A stretch of 64,000 nt of DNA, taken from assembly GCA_965237725.1 (NCBI GenBank), contig OZ250151.1, positions 2,951,883-3,015,882 on the forward strand. Reading direction: 5' to 3'. The position numbers and the translations under genes are program-made. Positions within the stretch are counted from its first letter, which is position 1. Every line of letters starts with the position of its first letter. Positions 53,893 through 63,273 of the stretch are shown here, in pieces. The DNA is from Candidatus Spongiihabitans sp. GTDB taxonomy: Bacteria > Pseudomonadota > Gammaproteobacteria > Arenicellales > Poriferihabitantaceae. The notes beneath the pieces were generated by a model, which was not told the DNA's origin, did not search any database, and saw only the letters and a program-made list of their open reading frames with translations.

Positions 53893-54558
53893 CTAATCCA
53901 GACAAGCATACACCCAGTAGTGGGCGTTCTCGTCATGGGTATAGGTGGCGTCATTTTGAACCTGGAGCAGTTGAACTTTGTTTTCCGATTCCAGTTTGTC
54001 GTTGAATAGTTGATAGTGCTCGCATTCATAGTATTCGATGCGGGTGCTGACAATAATTAACCCACCCGGGCGAGTCATTTTTTGCAGCTGTTCCAACGCC
54101 TGGGGCGGAACGTGGCCCGGTGTGAATACGCCGATGGATACCGTGCAGTCGTAGCTGTCAATCCATTCTGGGTTGAGCGGGGCGTTAATGTCTATATTGC
54201 CGTGCAATTGATTGTAAATACCCAGGGATTCAGCGATTTGAACCATGTCCTCTGATAGATCAAAACCATCGATGTTGTTATAGCCTTCGTGCTTGAGCGC
54301 CCGCGCCAATTTGCCAGTTCCGCAGCCCGCATCCATTATTTTAATTTCAGGATTGGCAGGATCAACTTTCAGTGCTTCCGCTGTTGGGCAATTGCTTAGG
54401 ATTTCGATGACATGACTCACAGCCGTATAGCCGAGTCCATCTGTGTCCGTGTCATAGGTCTCAGCCCAGTCAGCATAGAAGTCCTTTATAGACTCACTCG
54501 ACCCATCGAGATTGAGCGCGGTATGTAAAACTTCCGGAATTTCTTTGTCTTTTGCCAT
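53893..54558 (-). CDS. Class I SAM-dependent methyltransferase
   Basis: Motif I IMDAGCGTGKLA, an acidic loop GFDLSEDM, and post-II MTRPGGLIIVS. Confidence 0.85.
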   Translation of the reverse strand: MAKDKEIPEVLHTALNLDGSSESIKDFYADWAETYDTDTDGLGYTAVSHVIEILSNCPTAEALKVDPANPEIKIMDAGCGTGKLARALKHEGYNNIDGFDLSEDMVQIAESLGIYNQLHGNIDINAPLNPEWIDSYDCTVSIGVFTPGHVPPQALEQLQKMTRPGGLIIVSTRIEYYECEHYQLFNDKLESENKVQLLQVQNDATYTHDENAHYWVYACLD

Positions 54559-54672
54559 GATGATTTATTTTAGAATCGCCTTATCGAATAATACTTGCCT
54601 TTTTATTAAGCGACAATTATGGGAAACTTGTCTTAAGAAACTTTTATCAATCCAAATTTTATCGAGGTCATT

Positions 54673-54960
54673 ATGGCAGGTTACTGGATAGTTCGGGCCA
54701 GCGCAATTCGAGATCAGGATGCGATGGAAGAATATAAAAAACTGTTTCCTGATATTGCCAAACGCTATCAGGGAAAGATACTAGCCAGCATGGGACAACA
54801 CCAGACGGTGGAAGGGGAAGACAGGCCGAGAAATCTAATTCTGGAATTTCCTACTTATCAGCACGCCCTGGATTGTTACAACGATCCAGATTACGCTGTG
54901 GCTATGGAATTCATGCTTAAAGCCTGCGATCGTGAGCTGGTAATCATCGAAGGCAACTAA
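54673..54960 (+). CDS. DUF1330-family protein
   Basis: 95 aa. MAGYWIV...ILEFPTYQHALDCYNDPDYAVAMEFMLKACDRELVIIEG follows the DUF1330 pattern (dimeric alpha-beta barrel). Confidence 0.75.
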   Translation: MAGYWIVRASAIRDQDAMEEYKKLFPDIAKRYQGKILASMGQHQTVEGEDRPRNLILEFPTYQHALDCYNDPDYAVAMEFMLKACDRELVIIEGN

Positions 54961-54990
54961 GCTATAACGGGTATAACTTGGAATAAAGTT

Positions 54991-55929
54991 ATGAAACTAA
55001 TACTGGGTACCATGACATTCGCCGATCAAACCAATGAGGCGACGGCACTGGAAATGATGTCTTTGTTTTCCGAAAAACAACACATCGAGTTGGACACCGC
55101 CCATCAATATAACGATGGGAAAACTGAAATTTTGGTGGGGAAATTATTAAGAGAAAATACGCAATTCGAGTTTCAGCTGGCAACTAAAGCCCATCCCTGG
55201 AATGATGAAGGTTTAAAACCGGGTCAGGTTGAAAAGCAATTCACCGAATCTCTGACTCGGCTGCAATGCGATGGAGTAGATTTATTATATTTGCATTCGC
55301 CAGACCTGGATACGCCCATTGTTGATACCCTGGAAAAGGTCTGGGAATGTTATCAACAGGGAAAGTTTAAACGGTTTGGATTGAGTAATTTTGCGGCATG
55401 GCAGGTGGCAGAAGTGGTTGAGATTTGCCGAAGTCGGGGCTGGATGGTGCCGACGGTTTATCAGGGCATGTACAACGCCTTGACCCGGGACGTAGAGCGA
55501 GAGCTTTTTCCGTGTCTTAGAAATTATGGCATCAGCTTCTATGTCTATAACCCCCTCGCCGGAGGATTACTCACGGGAAAATATAAATCGCACAGTAAAG
55601 CGCCTCAATCCGGGCGCTTTCTTGAAAATGATGCGTATTTATCCCGCTACTGGAAAGCAGATTATTTTTCTGTTTTGAGTGCATTTACCGAAGCCTGCGC
55701 CGAGCAGAGTATCTCACCAGGAGATGCTGCATTGCGCTGGCTGGTGCACCATTCGATGCTGGACACCCATTATGGAGATGGCGTTATCCTCGGTGCCAGT
55801 AAATTTGATCACCTGAAACAAAACCTGGCAGCGATGAGTATGAAACCGCTGCCGATGAATATTGTTGACTTGCTCGATCGTGGCTGGGGCAAGGTTAAAG
55901 CAGACTGCTTTAAATATTTTCGGCCCTAA
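54991..55929 (+). CDS. Aldo/keto reductase (aflatoxin-aldehyde-reductase-like)
   Basis: 312 aa. LDTAHQYNDGKTE, LATKAHPW, DLLYLHSPD, FGLSNFAAWQV and YNPLAGGLLTGKY. Confidence 0.9.
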   Translation: MKLILGTMTFADQTNEATALEMMSLFSEKQHIELDTAHQYNDGKTEILVGKLLRENTQFEFQLATKAHPWNDEGLKPGQVEKQFTESLTRLQCDGVDLLYLHSPDLDTPIVDTLEKVWECYQQGKFKRFGLSNFAAWQVAEVVEICRSRGWMVPTVYQGMYNALTRDVERELFPCLRNYGISFYVYNPLAGGLLTGKYKSHSKAPQSGRFLENDAYLSRYWKADYFSVLSAFTEACAEQSISPGDAALRWLVHHSMLDTHYGDGVILGASKFDHLKQNLAAMSMKPLPMNIVDLLDRGWGKVKADCFKYFRP

Positions 55930-55949
55930 TCAAAAATATTTACAACCTC

Positions 55950-56384
55950 CTAAGCAAAGTGATTTTCCAACCCGTTCAGGCAGGCGCCCCAGCCCTGGTT
56001 GTGTTTGTCAGCAAATTCCTGATCTGAAAAGCCCCGATGGGTCAGTGTCAACTGAGTTTCGTCCGTACCTTTGGCGAGAAATTCAACGGTAACCTGGGTT
56101 CGATCAACACCATCTTTCCACATCCAATCGAATACCAGTTTTTCATTGGCAATAATTTCCTGGTACTGCCCAGAGACGATATGGTCGCTTTTCGCGTCAG
56201 CGTCGTGCATGTGAATCAGATATTCACCGCCAACTTGTAAATCGGCTTCAGCATTGGGGACGGTCATGGCCCCAGGTCCAAACCATTTTTTGATTACTTC
56301 CGGGTCGGTCCAGGCTTTGTAGACTTTATCTACCGAAGCGTTAATATTCTTGTTAATCACGAGTTTAATTTCTGAATCATTCAT
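55950..56384 (-). CDS. SRPBCC-superfamily protein (AHSA1/START-like)
   Basis: 144 aa. VDKVYKAWTDPEVIKKWFGP...TLTHRGF is typical of Aha1-domain proteins. It is paired with an ArsR regulator. Confidence 0.8.
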   Translation of the reverse strand: MNDSEIKLVINKNINASVDKVYKAWTDPEVIKKWFGPGAMTVPNAEADLQVGGEYLIHMHDADAKSDHIVSGQYQEIIANEKLVFDWMWKDGVDRTQVTVEFLAKGTDETQLTLTHRGFSDQEFADKHNQGWGACLNGLENHFA

Positions 56385-56409
56385 TTTTAATACCTAATAA
56401 AATTTTGGG

Positions 56410-56736
56410 TTAATCTGTTTTTTCGATAAATTCTCTCAAGCTATCCAGTCGGTCATTCCAAAAGGCCTGGTAGTATTCGAGCCAAGCCACTGCATCCTGC
56501 ATTAATTCTGGCTCGGCGTGACACAATCGTTTCTGGCCATCTTTGCTGCGCGAAATCAGGCCAGCCCGCTCGAGTACTTTTAAGTGTTTGGAAACCGCGG
56601 GCAGGCTAATCTGAAATCGCGCGGCGATATTGTTTACGGTTTCATTCTTCTCTCGTACCTGGAGCAGAATACTGCGTCGGGTTGAGTCTGAAAGGGCCTG
56701 AAAAACCCGATCCAGTTGATGATTTTTAGTTTCCAT
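56410..56736 (-). CDS. ArsR/SmtB-family transcriptional regulator
   Basis: Winged HTH LSDSTRRSILLQVREKNETVNNIAARFQISLPAVSKHLKVLERAGLI. I prefer the ATG at 56736, because the ORF-track TTG at 56772 is itself a TTGACA -35 box. Confidence 0.85.
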   Translation of the reverse strand: METKNHQLDRVFQALSDSTRRSILLQVREKNETVNNIAARFQISLPAVSKHLKVLERAGLISRSKDGQKRLCHAEPELMQDAVAWLEYYQAFWNDRLDSLREFIEKTD

Positions 56737-56738
56737 GA

Positions 56739-56766
56739 TTATATTTAACCATGTGGTTAAATATAA
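56739..56766. promoter_or_regulatory. ArsR-type operator: perfect 13-2-13 palindrome overlapping the promoter
   Basis: TTATATTTAACCA-TG-TGGTTAAATATAA. On the minus strand the arrangement is TTGACA (56772-56767) - 18 nt - TTAAAT (56748-56743) - 6 nt - ATG (56736). Confidence 0.6.
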
Positions 56767-56838
56767 TGTCAAGCGATTTTTACTCAGATTCTGAATATGG
56801 GTTTGTAATCGAGGTAGTTAAGGGTTGGTCAGAACAGA

Positions 56839-58107
56839 TTAAAACTGGGTAGATTGTTTTTTGCTGAATCTATCGGGCAGAAAAGAGGATATATCCATGC
56901 AAGGTTCTTCGTCTGCTACTAACTCGGAAATGATCTTTCCGGTTATGCCAGCCAGTGTCAAACCAATGTGCTGATGACCAAATGCATAATAAGTATTTGG
57001 AGATTTAATCGATGGGCCAATCACAGGCAATGAATCGGGCAGAGTAGGTCGATGCCCCAACCAAGTAGATGTTGGAGAACCAGACAGCTTCAACATTTGA
57101 TTGGCTTTTTGTTCGAGATAGCGCAAGTTTCTAGAGTTTTCTTTGGTGGATAGACCAGCGATCTCAACTGTTCCGGCTATGCGTAAACCTTCGCCCATGG
57201 GGCTGGCGTAGAAGCCGGCTTCGGCCCAGGCAACAGGACGATTGACCAGTTGCTGCTGTCCAGCGTACTGGATGTGATATCCCCGTTCGGTATTCAGGGG
57301 CAGTTTTTCTGAATCACATCCTTCAATCTGGCGCGACCATGCGCCACTGCTAATTACAATTTTATGAACATCGAAGTGTTTCCGGCTTGCCAGATAAATT
57401 CTGAGTCCATTATTACCATGCAAAATTCCCTGGGCATGTTCGGAAACGTACTCTCCGCCGGCATCACGGAAAGATTGAAAATATCGATCGACCAGGGTTT
57501 TTGGGTTTAATACCTGGCGGGCGTTTCGAAAAATAAGACCCTTTACAAAACGATCGGAAAGGTTGGGCTCCAGATCGTGAATTTCGTTGCCGTCCAGTTC
57601 TGAAAATTCAACACCTTGTTCAGCCCGAGCGTGATTGCTGGGTCGAGCGTTTTCAAATTCTTTTTCCGATGCATAGACATACATGCAACCATTTGATTCG
57701 AACAAATCCTGTGTTTTGGTCATCGAGATTAAAGGGTCGAGACCGTCATTGGTCAGTTTAAGAATCGAACCCAATGCCTTCACTATCTTATCTACATTAT
57801 GCTGCTTGCTTTGACGCAGAAAAGACAACATCCAGGACAGGCGCGCAATGGTATGCGGAAGGCTAATGCTTAGCGGTGAGTCTTTGCCAAAAACCAACTT
57901 CGGCAGATTGCTTACGAGATGTGGGCTATTAACCGGGATGCATCCATAATTAGCAATAGTGCAGGCACTTCCCGAAGACGTCATGGACCCAGGTTCATTA
58001 CCATCGACCAGGGTGACCTTAAAACCTTTATGCTGAAGCCATAAGGCGCAACTGACACCAACTATGCCCGCGCCGACTACGGCGATGTGTTGTGTATGGT
58101 TTGTCAA
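56839..58107 (-). CDS. FAD-dependent oxidoreductase (DadA / D-amino-acid-dehydrogenase-like)
   Basis: 422 aa with IAVVGAGIVGVSCALWL and the C-terminal GHQHIGLTLAGITG typical of the DAO family. Confidence 0.85.
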   Translation of the reverse strand: MTNHTQHIAVVGAGIVGVSCALWLQHKGFKVTLVDGNEPGSMTSSGSACTIANYGCIPVNSPHLVSNLPKLVFGKDSPLSISLPHTIARLSWMLSFLRQSKQHNVDKIVKALGSILKLTNDGLDPLISMTKTQDLFESNGCMYVYASEKEFENARPSNHARAEQGVEFSELDGNEIHDLEPNLSDRFVKGLIFRNARQVLNPKTLVDRYFQSFRDAGGEYVSEHAQGILHGNNGLRIYLASRKHFDVHKIVISSGAWSRQIEGCDSEKLPLNTERGYHIQYAGQQQLVNRPVAWAEAGFYASPMGEGLRIAGTVEIAGLSTKENSRNLRYLEQKANQMLKLSGSPTSTWLGHRPTLPDSLPVIGPSIKSPNTYYAFGHQHIGLTLAGITGKIISELVADEEPCMDISSFLPDRFSKKQSTQF

Positions 58108-58132
58108 AGTAATTTAATTTAGGTTGGATTGA

Positions 58133-58513
58133 TCAGGAAAGATCAATTGCATGGTTTTTTAAATCTGAAAAATCGATAACTTCCAGAGCTTTTTCATGGG
58201 TTGAACGCATCACTACTCTGGGTGCAGCCTGAGCATCCAGTGCCTGTGCCCATCGTAGTGCACATAAACACCAGCGATCACCCTCTTTGAGGCCCGGAAA
58301 TCCAAATTCAGGTCTCGGCGTACTTAAGTCATTGCCGCTTTGTTTGCTGAAATCCAGAAATGGTTCAGTAACCTGGATACACACCGTATGGGAACCCAGA
58401 TCTTCGGGTCCGGTTTCACAGCAACCGTTCCGGGTAAATCCGGTCATCGGCGATGTGGAGCAGGGTTCCAGCGGTTCCTGCAGTACACTCATTTGATTTT
58501 CAGGCCAGGGCAT
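58133..58513 (-). CDS. DUF2237-family protein
   Basis: 126 aa. TGFTRNGCCETGPEDLGSHTVC...GDRWCLCALRWAQA is the DUF2237 Cys-rich pattern. Confidence 0.75.
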   Translation of the reverse strand: MPWPENQMSVLQEPLEPCSTSPMTGFTRNGCCETGPEDLGSHTVCIQVTEPFLDFSKQSGNDLSTPRPEFGFPGLKEGDRWCLCALRWAQALDAQAAPRVVMRSTHEKALEVIDFSDLKNHAIDLS

Positions 58514-58516
58514 TGC

Positions 58517-59248
58517 TCAATTATATACCAGTGACATCCAGTTATTGAAAAGTTGCTCAGCGCCTGCATTGTGCGCTAATCGATTGTTTTCAATGTCAGA
58601 TTTAAAATGTTCGAAGCCATTATGTTCCAGGCGATCAATAAGAAATTCCGGAATGCCGGGTATTTGTAGCCAATCGGGCACCGTGGTTTCGCAAACTTCG
58701 GGATGAAATTGTACCGAATAGGCATTATTATCCACCGACATTATATGATTCCGGCAAAGCTCGCTACGGGCGAGAATAATCGCGCCATCCGGCGCCCGTT
58801 TAACCTCAGCGGTATGCACATTGGCCCATCCCGGCGATTTTGGAAGATTGTCTAACAACGGGTGATTTATGCCTGATTCAGTGGCTGTGATTTCAAACAG
58901 ACCCAGCTCCTGATAGTCGCAGAGTCCTACAGTGCCACCCAGGGCATCAGCCAGTAATTGATGGCCGAAACAAATTCCAAGATAAGGCATTTGTAATTCT
59001 TTAACCACATGGCGAATAATATTCTTTTCTTCAATTAACCACGGATATTCTTCTTCATCCCATGTGTTCATAGATCCACCCATAACCCAAAGGCCATCAA
59101 ACTTTTCGATATCCGGTATTGCGTCACCTGCATGTAAATCTATTTCATGGAAAGTAACCCCATGAGTTTTTCCAATGCTGCGAAAAATTCCCGGATTCTG
59201 GGAGGGCATATGCTTGAACACAAGCAGGTTTTTTGGTTCAGAATTCAC
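58517..59248 (-). CDS. Class I glutamine amidotransferase-like protein (paralogue of 23790-24500)
   Basis: LGICFGHQLLA and FHPE. The GTG at 59248 lies 4 nt after the upstream stop. The ORF-track start at 59320 would overlap the NRDE gene by 68 nt. Confidence 0.8.
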   Translation of the reverse strand: MNSEPKNLLVFKHMPSQNPGIFRSIGKTHGVTFHEIDLHAGDAIPDIEKFDGLWVMGGSMNTWDEEEYPWLIEEKNIIRHVVKELQMPYLGICFGHQLLADALGGTVGLCDYQELGLFEITATESGINHPLLDNLPKSPGWANVHTAEVKRAPDGAIILARSELCRNHIMSVDNNAYSVQFHPEVCETTVPDWLQIPGIPEFLIDRLEHNGFEHFKSDIENNRLAHNAGAEQLFNNWMSLVYN

Positions 59249-59252
59249 GGGA

Positions 59253-60023
59253 TTAACTTGAAGGCAGTTTTTGGATAAACCGTTGCTGGTCCGAGACTTT
59301 ACCATCACTATTGTAATCAATCTCTACAATATCAATCTCATTTTCACTATAAAGCAAATAGGTTGTGGTTCGGGTGCCGTAACCTTCGCCATGAATAAAT
59401 ATTGATGACAAATGTTTTTCCACTTCCACCCCCACCCCGGTATGTGGCAGATCATCCACTTCGGCTTTGGTTTGGTCATGCATGATTTTATTTAGTTCAT
59501 CAATTTCAATAGGCTGGTTGCTGCCCACAAGTTCGGTTAACTTTTGAACCCCAGATGACATTTTTGGCCAGTGTTCATCCACACTGCCATTGGACAGGCT
59601 ATGGCAGCCATCGGACAAGCCATGCAAAGACCCGTCAATGCTGGAAAAAATCTGAATTGATGTTAGTGAACCAAGAACCAGATTAAATGGATTGTAGTTG
59701 CTATAGTTGGTATTTAGATGGGAAATGAATTGCTGTTCTGTCTCTTTGCCATCGAGATAACGTCGAACCAGCTCACCCCGGCTTATTGCGGTTTCGTTTG
59801 CCGGATTACCTGTTCGAAAATTAGTCACCGCACAAAAATGTCCCAATGTATTTACCCCAAGCCAGCTTCCACCTTTCAATCCATCTCTTCCGGCCAGGAT
59901 GTGGGGATAGTCAGGCCAGTGATGCATAGACTGGGAGGGGCGTCCATAATCTTCATCCCGATTGGCAGCGACAATTAGCGGATAATTCGGGTGTTGATTA
60001 ATTGCCAGGAAGAGTATGCACAT
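59253..60023 (-). CDS. NRDE-family protein (TANGO2 homologue, DUF833)
   Basis: MCILFLA...PLIVAANRDE N-terminal nucleophile-type motif; 256 aa. Confidence 0.85.
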   Translation of the reverse strand: MCILFLAINQHPNYPLIVAANRDEDYGRPSQSMHHWPDYPHILAGRDGLKGGSWLGVNTLGHFCAVTNFRTGNPANETAISRGELVRRYLDGKETEQQFISHLNTNYSNYNPFNLVLGSLTSIQIFSSIDGSLHGLSDGCHSLSNGSVDEHWPKMSSGVQKLTELVGSNQPIEIDELNKIMHDQTKAEVDDLPHTGVGVEVEKHLSSIFIHGEGYGTRTTTYLLYSENEIDIVEIDYNSDGKVSDQQRFIQKLPSS

Positions 60024-60126
60024 AGTTTGAGAGTCGTAATTATCAACTACAGTGTACCTACAGGTTAGAATAAGACAACACTCATTTTACCCTCTCGAAT
60101 TCTCATATCAGAAGGTGCCCTTAACA

Positions 60127-61062
60127 ATGGTAGCTAGAAACATACAGTGGTATCCAGGCCACATGCACAAAGCCGGAAAGGAAATCACGGTGATGCTAAA
60201 GAAAGTTGATGTCGTACTCGAAATTCTCGATGCGCGGATTCCCTATAGCAGCGCAAACCCCATGCTGGAGGGATTGCGCGGCACAAAACCCTGTTTGAAA
60301 GTTCTGACCAAAAGTGATTTGGCTGATCAAGCCCTGACCCAAACCTGGATAAACTACTATAAATCCGACGAATCGATCAAAGTTGTGGCGGTTGATGCCA
60401 GGAAATCTCAGAATTTGTCCCAGATTTCGAAGTTATGCCAGCGCCTATACGCTCAAACCGGGGGAAGCAAAACAATCGTTACTGCCATGGTAATGGGTAT
60501 TCCCAATGTTGGAAAATCCACACTGATTAATGGGCTTGCGCGGCGTACAGTGGCTAAAACTGGCGATCAACCGGCAGTGACCAAAGTTCAACAGGTAATA
60601 GAAATTACCCCCGGCTTTGTATTGCTCGATACCCCGGGTATGTTGTGGCCCAAAGTTGAGAATGTGAATAGCGGTTATCGCCTGGCAGTCACCGGTGCAA
60701 TAAAGGACACCGCAATCTCCCATGATGATGTTGCTGCTTTTGCCCTGGATTATTTTGTGCAACATCACCATGACCGCTTAATCGAGCGATATCGCGTCGA
60801 TCCAACGGTTAAAGATACTGAACAGGTGCTATTTGAAATCGGATCCCGCCGCGGATGCCTGGTCAAAGGCGGAAACGTAGATATGGATCGTGCAGCAAAG
60901 ATTTTACTCGGCGATGTGCGGGATGGTAAGTTGGGACGATTCACCATGGAATCTCCGAATATCATGAAAGCTGAACTTATTGACGTGGCGGTGGAAATTG
61001 AAGCACGGGCAGAACGAAAAGCTCAACGGAAAAAGGACTGGAAGAATTCAACAAAACGGTAA
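60127..61062 (+). CDS. rbgA: Ribosome biogenesis GTPase A (YlqF/RbgA), circularly permuted GTPase
   Basis: IQWYPGHMHKA with a permuted G4-G1-G3 order: LTKSDLA, GIPNVGKSTLIN, LLDTPGML. I prefer the ATG at 60127. Confidence 0.9.
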   Translation: MVARNIQWYPGHMHKAGKEITVMLKKVDVVLEILDARIPYSSANPMLEGLRGTKPCLKVLTKSDLADQALTQTWINYYKSDESIKVVAVDARKSQNLSQISKLCQRLYAQTGGSKTIVTAMVMGIPNVGKSTLINGLARRTVAKTGDQPAVTKVQQVIEITPGFVLLDTPGMLWPKVENVNSGYRLAVTGAIKDTAISHDDVAAFALDYFVQHHHDRLIERYRVDPTVKDTEQVLFEIGSRRGCLVKGGNVDMDRAAKILLGDVRDGKLGRFTMESPNIMKAELIDVAVEIEARAERKAQRKKDWKNSTKR

Positions 61063-61169
61063 TTTAATAAAACGGCATTGCCCATGATACAAGATCCCAT
61101 AACCTGGCCAAACGGTGCGCTGCGCCTGTGCAATTACATCCGATATGGATGCGGAAACTTTGATCCCAG

Positions 61170-62336
61170 CTAAGCATTGTCCTGCAAGAATTCCATTGCG
61201 CTGGTCATGCCTCCAGAACTATGAGGAATCTTAGATATACCCAGACCCATTTCGATGCCACATAGCGTGGCCATCAACATCAAATCGTTAAAGTCTCCCA
61301 GGTGCCCGATTCGAAAAACCTTGCCCGCCATCTGCCCCAGGCCATTGCCCAGTGACATATCAAATTTATCCAGTACCGTTGCCCGAAATTTATCGGCATC
61401 AAAGCCATCGGGCAAACGTACTGCGGTTAACACCGGGGAATAATCTTTAGGTTCGAGACACTGGAGTTCCAGCTCCCAACTTTGAATAGCGGCTCGGGTC
61501 GCCTGGGCGTGGCGCTGATGACGGACAAAAACATTTTCCAGCCCTTCCTGGTGAAGCATGTCGATGGATTCGGCCAGGCCATAGAGTAAATTTGTGGCTG
61601 GCGTGTAAGGAAAGTAACCATTATCATTTGCGGCAAACATGGGTTCCCAGTCCCAGTAGGATTTTGCCATAGTGGCCGATTTTGCCTTTTCCATTGCTTT
61701 TTCACTGATCGCATTAAAAGACAATCCCGGTGGCAACATCAGACCTTTTTGTGAACCCGAAATGGCAACATCGATTTTCCAATCATCAAATTTAAATTCT
61801 GTGCAACCTAAACCAGAGATGGTATCCACCATAAACAACGCAGGGTGATCGCTGGCATCAATGACCTCGCGAATCTCATCCAGTCGGGTCATGGCGCCGG
61901 TGGAGGTTTCATTATGAACCACACAAATGGCCTTGATCTCGCGATTGGCGTCTGATCTTAGAAAAGATTCCACCCGATCAGGCTCAGCGCCTCGACGCCA
62001 ATCGCTTTCAATGATTATCGGTTCCAGGTTCAATCGCCGGGCCAGAGCCGCCCATAAGCTGGCAAACTGACCGGTTTCCACTATGGCAATTTTGTCTCCT
62101 GGTGATAGCGTATTAACCAGAGCGGCTTCCCAAGCGCCGGTACCCGAGGATGGATAGATAACAACTGGCCCCGAGCAGTTGAATATTTCCCGCATCCCAG
62201 TTAAAACTTTTTTCCCAAGCTGCGCAAATTCCGGACCGCGATGATCCATGGTGGGGAAATCCATGGCCCGCAAAATTCGATGGGGCACGTGGGATGGTCC
62301 GGGTATTTGTAAGAAATGCAGGCCTGGTCGTCGCAT
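61170..62336 (-). CDS. Class V aminotransferase (serine/alanine-glyoxylate aminotransferase-like)
   Basis: 388 aa. FLQIPGPSHVPHRILRAM, HNETSTG and AISGSQKGLMLPPG (PLP Lys). Confidence 0.85.
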   Translation of the reverse strand: MRRPGLHFLQIPGPSHVPHRILRAMDFPTMDHRGPEFAQLGKKVLTGMREIFNCSGPVVIYPSSGTGAWEAALVNTLSPGDKIAIVETGQFASLWAALARRLNLEPIIIESDWRRGAEPDRVESFLRSDANREIKAICVVHNETSTGAMTRLDEIREVIDASDHPALFMVDTISGLGCTEFKFDDWKIDVAISGSQKGLMLPPGLSFNAISEKAMEKAKSATMAKSYWDWEPMFAANDNGYFPYTPATNLLYGLAESIDMLHQEGLENVFVRHQRHAQATRAAIQSWELELQCLEPKDYSPVLTAVRLPDGFDADKFRATVLDKFDMSLGNGLGQMAGKVFRIGHLGDFNDLMLMATLCGIEMGLGISKIPHSSGGMTSAMEFLQDNA

Positions 62337-62364
62337 GTTGTATTTTAATTACCCTATGGGCTAG

Positions 62365-63273
62365 TTATGTACGGCTAAGCTCATATCCCACACGGGGAAA
62401 ATGCACCGCAACCTCACCGACCTGATCATCTATTCGAGAAATGGAAATTCTATTGTTGGACAACCCGAATAATTTGCCGGTCACAACTGGATCACCACCA
62501 TCCCCGACCGGTGCGACGCCCACGCTATCACCCAGGCCTGACATATCAACATTAATCGGTTTTTCTGGCATCGCATTTCTGGCAATTTCCAGCGCTTCTA
62601 CTGAGCTTAGTTCAGAAGGCTTGCCATGGCCCATATCCGCAATTCGAGATTCCCATTGAACTAGATGACTAAACTGTGAAAGAAAATCAGGTCCGTTGTT
62701 CCACCGACCGCGAATAAACCAGGTTAAATAATACCCCAGCGCATCCACTAGCCCCGGGGAGTTGCCGAGCATGAATTTCTGGCCTCCAGATAATTGCTGC
62801 TCAAACCAGGCATACTGCCCCTGGAGCTGGGTAATGCTGTGTTGCACCTCGGCTTGGAGGGCGGATAATTCAAACTCGGGCCCAAAATATAACCGACCCC
62901 TATCTGCCGCAAATTCCGCGGGCAATTCATCTGCGGCACCAAGAACAATGGTGACTGCATGGGTAAACAACGGGCCATCGGTCCAGCGACTGATTCCCCA
63001 TGCCAGGCCATAACTGTTGTCAGGAAACAGGGTTGGTTGTGGAAATCGATGTTCCAGCTCATTAATAATGCACTGGCTGTCACAATAAATATCTGCTCCA
63101 ATTTGCATAACCGGAGTCCGGCGATAGCCACCGGTCAATGGCATCAGATCGGGTTTTGGGGGTATTCGTGGAATTTCAACGAAATGCCAGTCCAGAGACT
63201 TCATGCCCAGTACAACCCGAACTTTTTCAGCCACCGGAGATTGGGGATAGTTGTGTAGAATAATTTCAGTCAT
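62365..63273 (-). CDS. Glutathione S-transferase-family protein with an extra ~70-aa C-terminal domain
   Basis: N-terminal thioredoxin-like ILHNYPQSPVAEKVRVVLG...RRTPVMQIG followed by a helical GST_C region. The C-terminal extension (VGVAPVGDGGDPVTG...) is not a standard GST part. Confidence 0.7.
   Translation of the reverse strand: MTEIILHNYPQSPVAEKVRVVLGMKSLDWHFVEIPRIPPKPDLMPLTGGYRRTPVMQIGADIYCDSQCIINELEHRFPQPTLFPDNSYGLAWGISRWTDGPLFTHAVTIVLGAADELPAEFAADRGRLYFGPEFELSALQAEVQHSITQLQGQYAWFEQQLSGGQKFMLGNSPGLVDALGYYLTWFIRGRWNNGPDFLSQFSHLVQWESRIADMGHGKPSELSSVEALEIARNAMPEKPINVDMSGLGDSVGVAPVGDGGDPVVTGKLFGLSNNRISISRIDDQVGEVAVHFPRVGYELSRT

Noticed and set aside
61084-61173. Possible relic of a polysaccharide-deacetylase-like gene (ITWPNGA... 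then, one frame over, ACAITSDMDAETL)
   Set aside because: Only about 30 codons are present, split over two frames and truncated by the convergent aminotransferase gene. The motif-level resemblance is too short to support a feature call.
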